Position numbers and translations under genes: made by a program. The notes below the pieces were generated by a model, which saw only the letters and a list, made by a program, of their open reading frames with translations, was not told the origin of the DNA and searched no databases. From Candidatus Latescibacterota bacterium (lineage in GTDB: Bacteria; Latescibacterota; UBA2968; SICM01): a stretch of 64,000 nt of DNA. The DNA lies in the NCBI GenBank assembly GCA_965217865.1, contig CBDCJO010000002.1, forward strand, positions 4,992,001-5,056,000, given 5' to 3'. This document shows positions 9,018 through 19,218 of the stretch, piece after piece (position 1 is the first letter of the stretch; each line of letters opens with the position of its first letter).

Positions 9018-10016
9018 GTGCAAGCTGAGGTCAAACGCGAGATCCTCTTAATGGTCCATCGGGCCAAGGAGAAAGGGGTGAAACTCACCCGTTCTTGCGA
9101 GATCCTACAGCTTCCCCTCCAGCGGTATTGTGCCTGGAGCCGGCGAGATCGAGAAGAGAAGCTGGATGGGGTGTCGGACCCGCTTTTGGATGGGAAGCCC
9201 GGGCCCGCCCCTGATGAGGCCCTACACGGATTGCTGAGGGAGGAGAAAGAGCAAATCTCGGCCCTCTTAAGGGATGAGACCTATGCCGATCTGCCTCCCC
9301 ATCAGCTGGCGGTGGTAGCCTCAGAGAAGGGGGTAGTGCAGGCCTCGGCCTCCACACGCAGGAAACAGGTGAGGACGCCGGTCAAGCAGAGCAAGCCCCA
9401 GGTCAAACCTGAAGGTCCTAATCAGGTCTGGAGCTGGGACCTGACCTACATCCCATTTTTCGGTTTGTTCCTGTATTTTACCGCCATTCTCGACGTGTAT
9501 TCCAGGAAGATCGTAGGATGGAAGCTCTCCTTCAACGCGACCGTGGAGCAGGTCAAACAGGCTTGGGATCAAGCCCTTGCCAACGAAGGACTGCTGGACC
9601 TGGACACTGGGCCCATAAGCTTGACAGCCCTCTCAGATCACGGATCTCAGATGAAGGCCAAATCGATGGCCCAATTCTTCAAGGACCTGGGCATCTCGCA
9701 GCTGTTTGCCCGATATCAAACACCCACGGACAACGCCTGGATCGAAGCCTTTTTCCGGACATTCAAATACGACTGGCTGCGCTTCCAGGACATCTTCACA
9801 TTCCATCAACTGGAAGGCCTGATTGATTCCTTCATTCACAGCTACAACGCCGAACGCTATCACGGGGCAATACAGTATGTCACGCCTCTTCAGAGGCATA
9901 AAGGCCAGCATCAAAAGATTCTTCACCACCGACAAGGTCGAAAGGAGGAGGCTCGGCAGCGCCGCATAGAAATCAATCGGCAAAGAACATCCCAGACCAT
10001 CCACAAGGCTGCCTGA
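9018..10016 (+). CDS. IS3-family OrfB DDE transposase
   Basis: PNQVWSWDLTY, ILDVYSRKIVGW, SDHGSQ, DNAWIEAFFRTFK, YN.ER.H. Confidence 0.92.
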   Translation: MQAEVKREILLMVHRAKEKGVKLTRSCEILQLPLQRYCAWSRRDREEKLDGVSDPLLDGKPGPAPDEALHGLLREEKEQISALLRDETYADLPPHQLAVVASEKGVVQASASTRRKQVRTPVKQSKPQVKPEGPNQVWSWDLTYIPFFGLFLYFTAILDVYSRKIVGWKLSFNATVEQVKQAWDQALANEGLLDLDTGPISLTALSDHGSQMKAKSMAQFFKDLGISQLFARYQTPTDNAWIEAFFRTFKYDWLRFQDIFTFHQLEGLIDSFIHSYNAERYHGAIQYVTPLQRHKGQHQKILHHRQGRKEEARQRRIEINRQRTSQTIHKAA

Positions 10017-10159
10017 ATCTTGCTTGGACCTTTATCTACTTTTCTCTTGTTATCTCAGAATAGATACAGTTGGCAGGTCGGGAGTGCCGGGAACGTTACA
10101 CGCCAGCGGCACAAGCTCTTGAAAGAACCACCACGCAGACATTCAGGGATATAAAATCT

Positions 10160-10528
10160 ATGACACTAATACTGGGCGTCTGTGGGAAAGACTTTCTAGT
10201 GGTCGGAGCGGATTCCCGACGTGTTGAGGAATCCAGTGATGGAATGGAGATCAAGGATGGTGTACAGAAGCTCTTCCACCTGAAGGACCTCCTATACTTC
10301 TCCTTCTCTGGCCAAAGGCTGATTCCTGCCGCAATTCTTAAGAGCTATCAAGAAAACCGAATTCGGAAACCCAAGACATTCTCAGATTTCATTGAAGCCT
10401 TCAGTAGCCTGGCCCGCCACATCAGGGAACACACACCTCATCCGGTAAAGGCCAACCAGTTCGCCGTATATGGATTTGACCAGGAGAGAAGGACATTCCG
10501 GATGGTGATCTTTCATGAAAGTATTTGA
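10160..10528 (+). pseudogene. Proteasome-beta-like Ntn hydrolase in a cassette, probably truncated
   Basis: MTLILGVCGKDFLVVGADSR: Thr1, Asp17 and a downstream Lys (VQK); only 122 aa before an IS200-like remnant. Confidence 0.6.
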
Positions 10529-10534
10529 ACTTGG

Positions 10535-10746
10535 ATACCCCTTCCTTTGGAAGGGGAGGAAAAGTTTAGCTTGCTGAGGGTAAGCTAAAAGGCTGTTTTG
10601 TCCGTACCGTAGTCGAAAAGGTAACTTCTAAAGTGATCAGAGGATATATTCGGTTTCATCTTCAAGAGCAGAAAGGGCCCCTACAGTTGGATCTGTTTGG
10701 GGAGGGGAGTGGTTAATGCCCCGCCCTTTGGGCGGGGTGATTTACT
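10535..10746 (+). mobile_element. Internally deleted IS200/IS605-family remnant
   Basis: Hairpins CCCCTTCC-TTT-GGAAGGGG (10538-10556) and GCCCCGCCC-TTT-GGGCGGGGT (10718-10738); TnpA-like tail GCFVRTV..VTSKVIRGYI. Confidence 0.65.
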
Positions 10747-10793
10747 CTGGTAATGACTATCAGCCTTTGGAGCCCCACACGTCATTTTTCGCG

Positions 10794-11000
10794 CTAGCAG
10801 CCTGTTGAAAAAGTGCGTTTATGCCAAGATGACTGTTGTCTTTCCTTGTGGTTTGGTCCTATGATATATCAGGTTCAAACTGAGAAGGGAGGACGAGCAA
10901 ATGGCAATGGGAAAACGAGGACGACAGAGACAGGAAAACCTGTTCATCGCATCGAACACTTTGGTGAAATTTCCGGGTCATCCCTTTGCGAAGCCTTAAG
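10794..11000 (+). mobile_element. Left-end remnant of an IS1182/IS5-like element
   Basis: CTAGCAGCCTGTTGAAAAA end; 32-codon stub MAMGKRGRQRQENLF...LVKFPGHPF at 10902-11000. Confidence 0.5.
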
Positions 11001-11226
11001 GGCCAGAAGAAGATCTTTATCTTGAGATCACCATCCGAGGTCAGAACATTCTTAGGCACAATGAAACACAAGGCAGTCAAACAACTATGAAGAATCATAA
11101 AGGGAAATTCTGGCCCTTTTGCTCTTTTGACTTTTCCAAAATTGGAACAGGCTCTTAACACGCCGCTTGCGGCTCGTGCCTGCGGCCCTCGACCAAACCC
11201 ACTTCGTGGGTTCGCAAGCGGCTAAA

Positions 11227-11685
11227 CTACATGCGGAAAGTCAAGAGCAAAGTTGACGATTTCGAGGTTGGATGAGATTTTTTATGCCGGTTTTCTCAGC
11301 GTCAAGGGGTGTAAAGTGGACATTCTTACTATGTTCGGAGCGCAGTTCGCCCTTATGGTGCAGGACCGGTCTTTGAAGAGGGGCGAAGCTCCCGTGTGGG
11401 GGGTGGTGTCTTCCGATACCAACTTACATCCGCGGCCGGCACTCTTGTTTGTGTGAGTAGGTGTGCCGGTCTTCGCGCATTTTCTAATCCGATCCAGGAA
11501 GACGGGGAGGCCTGCGGATCTGTTAGCCGAAGCGACTCCTATCGGAGCCCTCCTCTCAAGCCAGTTCTGCAGGCCGCCCCTGGCCGCCTTGGAAGGCGGC
11601 AGCTTGTGTAACCGGTCCGGCAGGAGACTGCACCGGATGTGAATCGAGCAGCGATGTCAAAGAGCGAGTGTGACCGCGGCAGCGG
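11227..11685 (-). ncRNA. Candidate bridge/seek RNA region of the IS110 element
   Basis: About 460 nt without a credible ORF downstream of the transposase, rich in short stems; IS110/IS1111 elements are known to encode guide RNAs in such regions. Confidence 0.5.
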
Positions 11686-13017
11686 TCAGGCGGCGGCGCG
11701 AGCGCGCCGTCGGGGATGCTGCTTTTTCTTGTAGCGCTTCATGTAGCGCCTCTCGAGCGTTTTGAGGGATGCCGCGGGGTGGTCTCTCTCCTCGTAGAGA
11801 CGATTTTCTCTGAGCAGGGCTACGATGAGCCGTAGGAGCTGGGACGAGGCGGCCACGATATTCTTGCGGTAGCACTTCTTCCTGAGCTCGCGTTCGAGGA
11901 AGCGGCGGCGGACCTGGGGCACGACCCGGGCGGTCTGTTCGGTCATCTGGTAGATGATTCGCCGCAGCCGGGGATTGCCGATCTTGCTCATCCGCCTTTT
12001 GCCTTTGTACTTTCCGGAGTCGGCGATGCGCACGTTCGTGCCGGCGAGCTTCTCGATCTGTTTGAAGTGGGTGAAGCGGGTGGCCCCTCGCGTCTCCGCG
12101 GTAAATTGGGCAGCCAGGTTTTTGTTGATGTTGGGGATCGAGTCGACGATTTGGAAAGTCGGATCCTGCTGAGTGCGGGCGATCATCGCCTGCTCCACAG
12201 CTTTGAGTTGCGTCTCGGTCCGCCGGAGCGCCTCGATCCAGCCATTCAGGATGATGCGGAGGACATCTTCCTGGCCCTCGACCGGGATCCCGATGGAGGT
12301 CCGGGCCTCCTCCTTCAGCTTCTGCAGCGTCGCCACCCCGTAACTGCCTCTTGAGATCCGATGGATCTGGCGGCCCTCCTCTTCGATGTCAATTTCCTCG
12401 AAGTGGCGGGGCAAGAAATATCGCTCCAACAGGTAGCGGGAGGTCTTCGTACGAATGTTGACCGCGTGGAGGAACTCCGGGAAGACGCGTTCCATCAGAG
12501 ACCGGGTGCGGAGCAGGGACTTTGTGAGGTCCTTCCGGAGCTTGTCGTAGGCGATTGAGAGCTGGTGCGCGGCCTCCATGTGAGGCTCGAACGTCCTGAA
12601 GAGATCATAGCTTCCCTTCTGTGCGCTGTCGGCCACCAGAAAGGCATCCCTGGGATCCGACTTGGAGAAATCGCGGTGCATCATCGGTCTTGCGTGATAC
12701 GTCGTGAGGGGGCTCACCAGCAGCACGCGATACCCCTTCCCCTGGAGGTAGTGGGCCAGGGTAACCCACAGATTGCAGGACGTCTCGATGGCCACCACCA
12801 TCCGATCCGGCCCGCAATCTTTGATGCGTCGCTCCAGATGCTGCCAGAGGGTATGGTCATATCCCGCTCGCGTCACGGGGAATGAGAAGGCCCCGCCTTG
12901 CTGAAGTCCGGAGGGATCGAGCACCGACCCGCTGTGTTTTTCCTTGCCCGGATCGATCCCGAGGACGAAATTCTGGGAGATGGCCTGTCGTTTAAGGTGG
13001 AAGATTTTCGACTTCAT
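11686..13017 (-). CDS. IS110-family DEDD recombinase/transposase
   Basis: LGIDPGK, IETS, KSDPRDA; C-terminal LAGT...DSGK...MSKIGNPRLR. Confidence 0.93.
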   Translation of the reverse strand: MKSKIFHLKRQAISQNFVLGIDPGKEKHSGSVLDPSGLQQGGAFSFPVTRAGYDHTLWQHLERRIKDCGPDRMVVAIETSCNLWVTLAHYLQGKGYRVLLVSPLTTYHARPMMHRDFSKSDPRDAFLVADSAQKGSYDLFRTFEPHMEAAHQLSIAYDKLRKDLTKSLLRTRSLMERVFPEFLHAVNIRTKTSRYLLERYFLPRHFEEIDIEEEGRQIHRISRGSYGVATLQKLKEEARTSIGIPVEGQEDVLRIILNGWIEALRRTETQLKAVEQAMIARTQQDPTFQIVDSIPNINKNLAAQFTAETRGATRFTHFKQIEKLAGTNVRIADSGKYKGKRRMSKIGNPRLRRIIYQMTEQTARVVPQVRRRFLERELRKKCYRKNIVAASSQLLRLIVALLRENRLYEERDHPAASLKTLERRYMKRYKKKQHPRRRARAAA

Positions 13018-13229
13018 CGTATACCTCCAGCGTTGAGGGTTGAGTTTGCTTGCGCTTGCCGAATCTTAAGACACCTTGCCTTGCAAGGGAAGATTCAGCC
13101 CCTCAACGCTGTTTTTTCCTCCTTTACTCAATATAGAAATCGTTAAATGCAAGCAGCGCAAAGACAAACCCCATAAACCATACACTCTTGCTCTTGACTG
13201 AGCAATCCTGCAAATCGTCGGAGGCAAGT

Positions 13230-13682
13230 ATGCAACATGTGAAGTTTACTTCAGATTATAAGATACCGATGCTGGGATTAGGGACGTGGGGCTTGCGTGG
13301 GCATGCTTGCAAGCAGGCGGTGAAAGAGGCATTGAGTCTTGAGTATACCCACATCGATACGGCGTGGATGTATGAGAACCAGGGAGCGATCGGAGAGGCG
13401 CTGAAGGAGTCTGGGACTGACCGAGGTAGGCTTTTTATCACATCTAAGGTGTGGTGCACCGACCTGCACTATGACGGGGTGTTGGCGCAGTGCGAGGAGA
13501 CGCTACGGGATCTACAGACAGCGTATGTGGATCTGTTTCTGATTCACTCGCCCAGCGAGACGGTGCCGATGGCAGAGACGTTCAAGGCACTGAAGCGACT
13601 CTTCGAGGAGAGGAAGGTTCGGAGCGTTGGGGTGAGCAATTTTACGGTGGTTCATCTGGAAGAGGCACATCCGGGTTCGTGA
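13230..13682 (+). pseudogene. Aldo/keto reductase, 3'-truncated
   Basis: LGLGTW, HIDTAWMY, LFITSK, DLFLIH, GVSNF then stop after about 150 aa. Confidence 0.85.
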
Positions 13683-13702
13683 GCCACTGAACGATTTATG
13701 AA

Positions 13703-14479
13703 ATGGGAAAAGAAAGGAAATGTATGAGGTCGATACGCTGTAAAACGCTACTAATAGGACTACTATTGTGGATGGTGTTGTTCGACGAAAGAGGATATGC
13801 TCAGGATCAATTGGTCATTTCAAGTGGAATAGCTGCTGATAATGATAACATATTTCTTTTAACTGAACCAATCATCAGAGAGGCGTATACACGGTTAGGA
13901 ATCACCATTGAGATAAAGCAATATCCTTGGCTACGATCCCTTAATGCTGCTAATGATGGCATCGTTGATGGCGAACTCTACCGAGTCGCCGAAATCCAGG
14001 AGGAGTATCCTAATCTCCTGATGGTGAAGGTGCCCATTGTTTATGTAGACTTTGTTGTGTTCACTAAGGATCTTCATTTTCAGGTGAAAGGTTGGGACAG
14101 TTTACGCCCCTACCACCTCGGTTTTCTTCGAGGAGTCAAGAAAATCGAATACCACACTCAGGGGATGCAGGTTCATATGTCGAACACGCAGGAAGCAACC
14201 TTCAAAAACTTACAGATTGGACGGTCCGATCTTGTTATTGATGAACGGTTTTCCGGATTGCAAATCCTCAATACGCTGGGATTCAAGGACATTCAGGTGC
14301 TTTCTCCTCCGCTTGAACGATTTCCTAGCTATCATTTTCTGCATACTCGTCACGCAGACCTGGTACCCCAAGTGGAAAGGATATTAAAGCAACTGGAACA
14401 GGAAGGATTTATGGAAGCGGTGTACAAGCAGGTGAGCCAAGAACTGTTCAGTCCGAAAGAGGAGTCATTGCCTGAATAG
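13703..14479 (+). CDS. Family 3 extracellular solute-binding protein (cassette-like)
   Basis: Signal-like N-terminus, PWLRSL..ANDG.VDG, L..GRSD; followed by GCTTAAC attC-like start at 14489. Confidence 0.8.
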   Translation: MGKERKCMRSIRCKTLLIGLLLWMVLFDERGYAQDQLVISSGIAADNDNIFLLTEPIIREAYTRLGITIEIKQYPWLRSLNAANDGIVDGELYRVAEIQEEYPNLLMVKVPIVYVDFVVFTKDLHFQVKGWDSLRPYHLGFLRGVKKIEYHTQGMQVHMSNTQEATFKNLQIGRSDLVIDERFSGLQILNTLGFKDIQVLSPPLERFPSYHFLHTRHADLVPQVERILKQLEQEGFMEAVYKQVSQELFSPKEESLPE

Positions 14480-14581
14480 AAAGGGATTGCTTAACCGCCA
14501 AATGCACCGTATTTGGGGGACGCGCAGCAATTTTAGCTCTGTACGTTTGGTCACGTTTCTTGTTGCTTCAAGCTTGGGGGC

Positions 14582-15900
14582 TGTATCTATTCTGAGATAA
14601 CAAGAGAAAAGCAGATAAAGGTCCAAGCAAGATTCAGGCAGCCTTGTGGATGGTCTGGGATGTTCTTTGCCGATTGATTTCTATGCGGCGCTGCCGAGCC
14701 TCCTCCTTTCGACCTTGTCGGTGGTGAAGAATCTTTTGATGCTGGCCTTTATGCCTCTGAAGAGGCGTGACATACTGTATTGCCCCGTGATAGCGTTCGG
14801 CGTTGTAGCTGTGAATGAAGGAATCAATCAGGCCTTCCAGTTGATGGAATGTGAAGATGTCCTGGAAGCGCAGCCAGTCGTATTTGAATGTCCGGAAAAA
14901 GGCTTCGATCCAGGCGTTGTCCGTGGGTGTTTGATATCGGGCAAACAGCTGCGAGATGCCCAGGTCCTTGAAGAATTGGGCCATCGATTTGGCCTTCATC
15001 TGAGATCCGTGATCTGAGAGGGCTGTCAAGCTTATGGGCCCAGTGTCCAGGTCCAGCAGTCCTTCGTTGGCAAGGGCTTGATCCCAGGCCTGTTTGACCT
15101 GCTCCACGGTCGCGTTGAAGGAGAGCTTCCATCCTACGATCTTCCTGGAATACACGTCGAGAATGGCGGTAAAATACAGGAACAAACCGAAAAATGGGAT
15201 GTAGGTCAGGTCCCAGCTCCAGACCTGATTAGGACCTTCAGGTTTGACCTGGGGCTTGCTCTGCTTGACCGGCGTCCTCACCTGTTTCCTGCGTGTGGAG
15301 GCCGAGGCCTGCACTACCCCCTTCTCTGAGGCTACCACCGCCAGCTGATGGGGAGGCAGATCGGCATAGGTCTCATCCGTGTGGGGCCTCATCAGGGGCG
15401 GGCCCGGGCTTCCCATCCAAAAGCGGGTCCGACACCCCATCCAGCTTCTCTTCTCGATCTCGCCGGCTCCAGGCACAATACCGCTGGAGGGGAAGCTGTA
15501 GGATCTCGCAAGAACGGGTGAGTTTCACCCCTTTCTCCTTGGCCCGATGGACCATTAAGAGGATCTCGCGTTTGACCTCAGCTTGCACCCGGTGGCCCTT
15601 GATCGGGCCTGTCAGATCCCATTCACACTTTTTTTTAGCAGGGAAAGTTCCACAGATTGCTCAATGATCGTTTGCTCCAGGCGTGCCCGCTCTTTGCGCA
15701 GCTGCTCCACCTCCTCAGCCGATACCATCGGCTTGCGGCTCCGGCGACCCTTGAACTCCTTGAGGGCCGTTGCTCCATCTTTACTCCTCCTGTGAGGTCA
15801 GGGATATCCCAAAATATGTATCCCTTCTCAACCCTACAGGCAACCAGGATCTTGCTTCGACCTTGCCCCCGTTTTTTCGGGCGATCTCAGACAAAAGATA
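14582..15900 (-). mobile_element. IS3-family insertion sequence, copy 2 (inverted, degenerate)
   Basis: Near-identical reverse complement of 8535-10068 with most of orfA deleted, a frameshifting deletion in orfB and the terminal 2 nt of IRL missing. Confidence 0.9.
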
Positions 15901-16569
15901 GGACCCCCAGTGCCAGATTCCCGCTGTGGCTGCTGGTTGTCGGAATAATTGCTTATACGACCCTGTTGAGCACACTCTCAGCCGTCGGATCCGCGTTGTT
16001 GTTTCGGTATGCTGCGCGGCAGCGACCTCCGGCGGTAGTACGGTCGGAGGGTTGACCCGCGCGCCGGCGATCTAATCAGAGATCGCGGACCTAGGCCGGT
16101 TCCCCGGGACGGAGAATGAAATTCCGGGTTTCGCCGCCTCCCACGCGTGAAGCGCCTTACTTGCCGTTAGTTTCGACTGAGTATCAAATATAGATCCCCG
16201 CTGGACAGGTTGTGTGGCGGGGATTCCCGTCAAAAGCAGCCTCCCAACCACCTCCAATGACATACACCTATTCTATTATTCTATTTCCCCTATCTGCGCT
16301 CAGATCAGCAAAGCCATGAATTACCGGTAGAAAAACACTCTTGGCCAGGCATCCACGTGACCTACAGAAGAACGCCATCACGACGCTTCGTTTCATCAAG
16401 AAGTACTTGACATCAGCCTGAGTCTTGATATTTTATTCGATGAGTTTGCTGGGGAAGCCGCCAGTCCGCGGAAAGGGTCTCAGGCCCACCCCACCTCCCG
16501 CTATGTCCGACATATACCTTCTTTCTGCCCGCCGTGCGGACACCGGGCGCTTTCAGAAAGAGGGTTCCC

Positions 16570-18057
16570 ATGTCTAAGCTTCCCGCAAGTCCCAACCTAG
16601 TTTACCTCCGCAAGCAGGCGCGCAATTTCCTCAAAGCACTCCAGGAGGGTGATCCTGAAGCGCGCTCTCGTGTTATCGAGGGACACCCGCGCCTATCTTC
16701 CAACTCTTCAGACCCGGAGGTAGAGGAACTCGGGCTTGTCGACGTGCAGCTCGTCATCGCACGCGAGTACGGGTTCGACTCCTGGGCGAAGATGAAAGCC
16801 CACATTCTCAACGTTTCTGACGAGCTGATTAGCCGATTTCGTGAAGCGTTGATCCAGTACGATGTTGAGGCAACACGCCGATGTCTAGATGAATGTCCAG
16901 ACTTGGTCAACCTGCGTTTGCCAGATGGAGATGACCCTCTCGCGCCCATCACATCGGAGTCTGGATTCCAGACGCCATTGCACATTGTTGCGTATCATCG
17001 CAACTGGATACCCGCACATCGTGATCCCCGGCCTCACATTGAATTGACCCGCTTACTCATCGAAAGGGGCGCCGACGTCAATGCCTCCGACAGCGAAGGT
17101 GAGGGCCCGCTGGTCCTTGCAACTCACGAGGGTTCGATTGAGTCTATGAAGCTCCTGCTGGAAGCCGGTGCCGATCCAAACATGGTGGGACATGGCGGTG
17201 GGAGCGCCTTAAGCTGCGCAGCCGTACACTGTGACTGGGATCGGTGTGATCTCCTAATGGCTGCCGGCGCCGAACCAGATCTTGGAACAGCAGCAATGAT
17301 GGGAGATTTCGATCGAGTTCAACATCTATTGTCAGCATCCGAGTACGCGAATGATACGCTGCTTCAAGCACTTGATGGCGCCCTACGTTTTGGCCATCAG
17401 GAGGTCGCGCGGATCTTGGTGAATCAGGGCATCCCACCCTCAAGCGCACATGCAGCAGCGTTGGGCATGGATGACCGTGTTAAGCAAATGGTTGCTAACA
17501 ATCCACAGCTTGTAACGAATCCGGACATTGGAGAGGACCCACTCGCGGCGGCGGCTCTGAACGGCCACACTAATCTGGTCCTATGGTTGTTGGACCACGG
17601 CGCTGATCCGAATCATCCCGATGATGATAATGCCGCTCCGCTGCATCAATGTGCCATGGGTGGGCATATCGCCGCGGCGGCGGTTCCTGGGCTCGTAAAC
17701 GCGGGCGCAATGCTTCAGGCCATCCATCGCGGTTTTTCGCCCCTTCGGCGGGCGTTATCTACCGGCAATCTCGCTGTGGCGTTGGCTCTGATTGACGCGG
17801 GAGCAGATGTCAATGAGGCTACAGACGAGGAACCGAATCGGCTATTTCAACTCGCCGACGCTGAACGAAGTGGACAACCTCTGGAACTCTACCCGACGGT
17901 TATCGAGGCATTGATTCAACGAGGTGCAGGAGTCAACGAGACTGATACGAGGGGCCGAACATCATTGGATGCAGCGATAGCGGCCATCAAACCACACTGT
18001 GCCGAAATTCTTCGTCGCCACGGTGGTATGACCTCGCAGGAACTTTCGACGGCGTAG
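16570..18057 (+). CDS. Ankyrin-repeat protein with LPxxPNLxxLRKQA N-terminal domain
   Basis: TPLH, LIERGADVN, LLEAGADPN, LLDHGADPN repeats; IAREYGFDSWAKMK; followed by GCATAAC attC-like start at 18058. Confidence 0.88.
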   Translation: MSKLPASPNLVYLRKQARNFLKALQEGDPEARSRVIEGHPRLSSNSSDPEVEELGLVDVQLVIAREYGFDSWAKMKAHILNVSDELISRFREALIQYDVEATRRCLDECPDLVNLRLPDGDDPLAPITSESGFQTPLHIVAYHRNWIPAHRDPRPHIELTRLLIERGADVNASDSEGEGPLVLATHEGSIESMKLLLEAGADPNMVGHGGGSALSCAAVHCDWDRCDLLMAAGAEPDLGTAAMMGDFDRVQHLLSASEYANDTLLQALDGALRFGHQEVARILVNQGIPPSSAHAAALGMDDRVKQMVANNPQLVTNPDIGEDPLAAAALNGHTNLVLWLLDHGADPNHPDDDNAAPLHQCAMGGHIAAAAVPGLVNAGAMLQAIHRGFSPLRRALSTGNLAVALALIDAGADVNEATDEEPNRLFQLADAERSGQPLELYPTVIEALIQRGAGVNETDTRGRTSLDAAIAAIKPHCAEILRRHGGMTSQELSTA

Positions 18058-18228
18058 GCATAACAAGCGGATCGAGACGGACCGGTCAGGCTACCCTCCC
18101 ATAGATACGTTTTCTTGCGGGGATTTTCAACAATAGCTATCTTCTTTTAACAAGCAGAGAATCACGAAAAACAAAACGTGTGACGTCCGCTCTATTCTTC
18201 ATTTCGTGATGACAACAACCAACACAGC

Positions 18229-18342
18229 ATGTAACAAGACGGTTCCCGGCTCCGCTCCTTCGTCGCTCCGGCCCAACTTGGCCTCACCGCACCGAAGACC
18301 CAACCACCCAATGGCCAAGTTCGGGAACCGCGACCGTTAACT
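18229..18342 (+). other. Intact attC-like site
   Basis: ATGTAAC-AAGA-CGGTTCCC...AACTTGGCC...GGCCAAGTT-C-GGGAACCG-CGACC-GTTAACT. Confidence 0.75.
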
Positions 18343-18387
18343 GCCATACAGTTTTTTGACTTATGGTTTGAGTATAAGGGGCAAAAA

Positions 18388-19169
18388 CTGATTTCGAAGC
18401 CTAAAAACACCTTGGCCCTGAATATGCGTCGCAATTTAAAGATCACAGCATTGTTGACGCTTATCACCACCGACCTCCCTATCCCCCAGAGGCTTTTGAA
18501 TTCCTTTCAGAACTCATTACAGACGAACCAAGAAGGACGCTTGATGTCGGATGTGGTACAGGAGATATTGCTCGAGGGCTGTTAAATTTTGTTGACAGGA
18601 TCGATGCGGTAGATTTTTCGGAGGGAATGATCGAAAAAGGCAAACGTTTACCCGATGGCGATAATTCCAAACTCAGGTGGATCTGTGGTCCAGTGGAAGA
18701 AGTGCCATATCAGTCCCCCTATGCCTTGATTACAGCAGGAGAAAGTCTTCACTGGATGTCTTGGGACATTGTTTTGCCACGATTCAAAAAAGCGCTCACT
18801 CCAAGAGGGTATGTGGCACTGATAACTCGCAGCAAGGGCATAAATAGTCAAGAAGAGATTGATATCATTAATCGGTTTTCCACGAATAAAGATTTTCAAC
18901 CATACGATATGATAGGTGAATTGGAGAAGCGTGGCTTGTTTCGGACACAGGGCAAGAAGCAGACAAAGCCTATTATATGGCGTCCTTCAATTGATAAATA
19001 TATCGAAATGAGGCACTCACAAAATGGCCTTTCCCGAGATCGGCTGGGAAAAGAGAATACTATTGCATTTGATGCCGAGTTGAGAGAATTATTGCTGAGA
19101 AATTACAATGATGAAAGATTAGAGTTGGAAATCCGCGGGAGCGTAACATGGGGAACCCCTACGCCATGA
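18388..19169 (+). pseudogene. Class I SAM-dependent methyltransferase cassette with apparent 5' frameshift
   Basis: Frame upstream of ORF 18627 reads HLGPEYASQF..VDAYHHRPPYP...LDVGCGTG but is closed by TAA 18402 at an A5 run; cassette bounded by GTTAACT (18336) and AGTTAAC (19219). Confidence 0.7.
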
Positions 19170-19218
19170 AATAACTGTCCGCCCCGTTTTGCCTTCCCCT
19201 GACAAAAACCTGTAAAGC

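Larger units (their letters stand above)
8535..10068 (+). mobile_element. IS3-family insertion sequence, copy 1
   Basis: TG...CA ends with IRs TGTATCTTTTGTCTGAGAT / rc TGTATCTATTCTGAGAT; orfA + orfB; A-run slippery motif at 8970-8978; no target duplication visible. Confidence 0.9.
8484..10101 (+). other. attC-like site split by IS3 (halves 8484-8534 and 10069-10101)
   Basis: ACCTAAC-AA-GGCACTCCC...ACCTGCC | GGCAGGT-C-GGGAGTGCC-N6-GTTACAC rejoin into one hairpin. Confidence 0.75.
11227..13136 (-). mobile_element. IS110-family element with long 3' non-coding region
   Basis: AAA present at both junctions (11224-11226, 13137-13139); imperfect terminal IR CTACATGCGGAAAG / rc CTATATTGAGTAAAG; boundaries inferred from attC reconstruction. 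Confidence 0.75.
11153..13148 (+). other. attC-like site split by IS110 (halves 11153-11226 and 13140-13148)
   Basis: TCTTAAC-AC-GCCGCTTGCG...CGCAAGCGGC-TAAA | TC-GTTAAAT. Confidence 0.7.

Noticed and set aside
8535-15900. Composite transposon or inversion between the two inverted IS3 copies
   Set aside because: The attC halves on both sides of copy 1 rejoin correctly, internal cassettes keep array orientation and there is no outer target duplication
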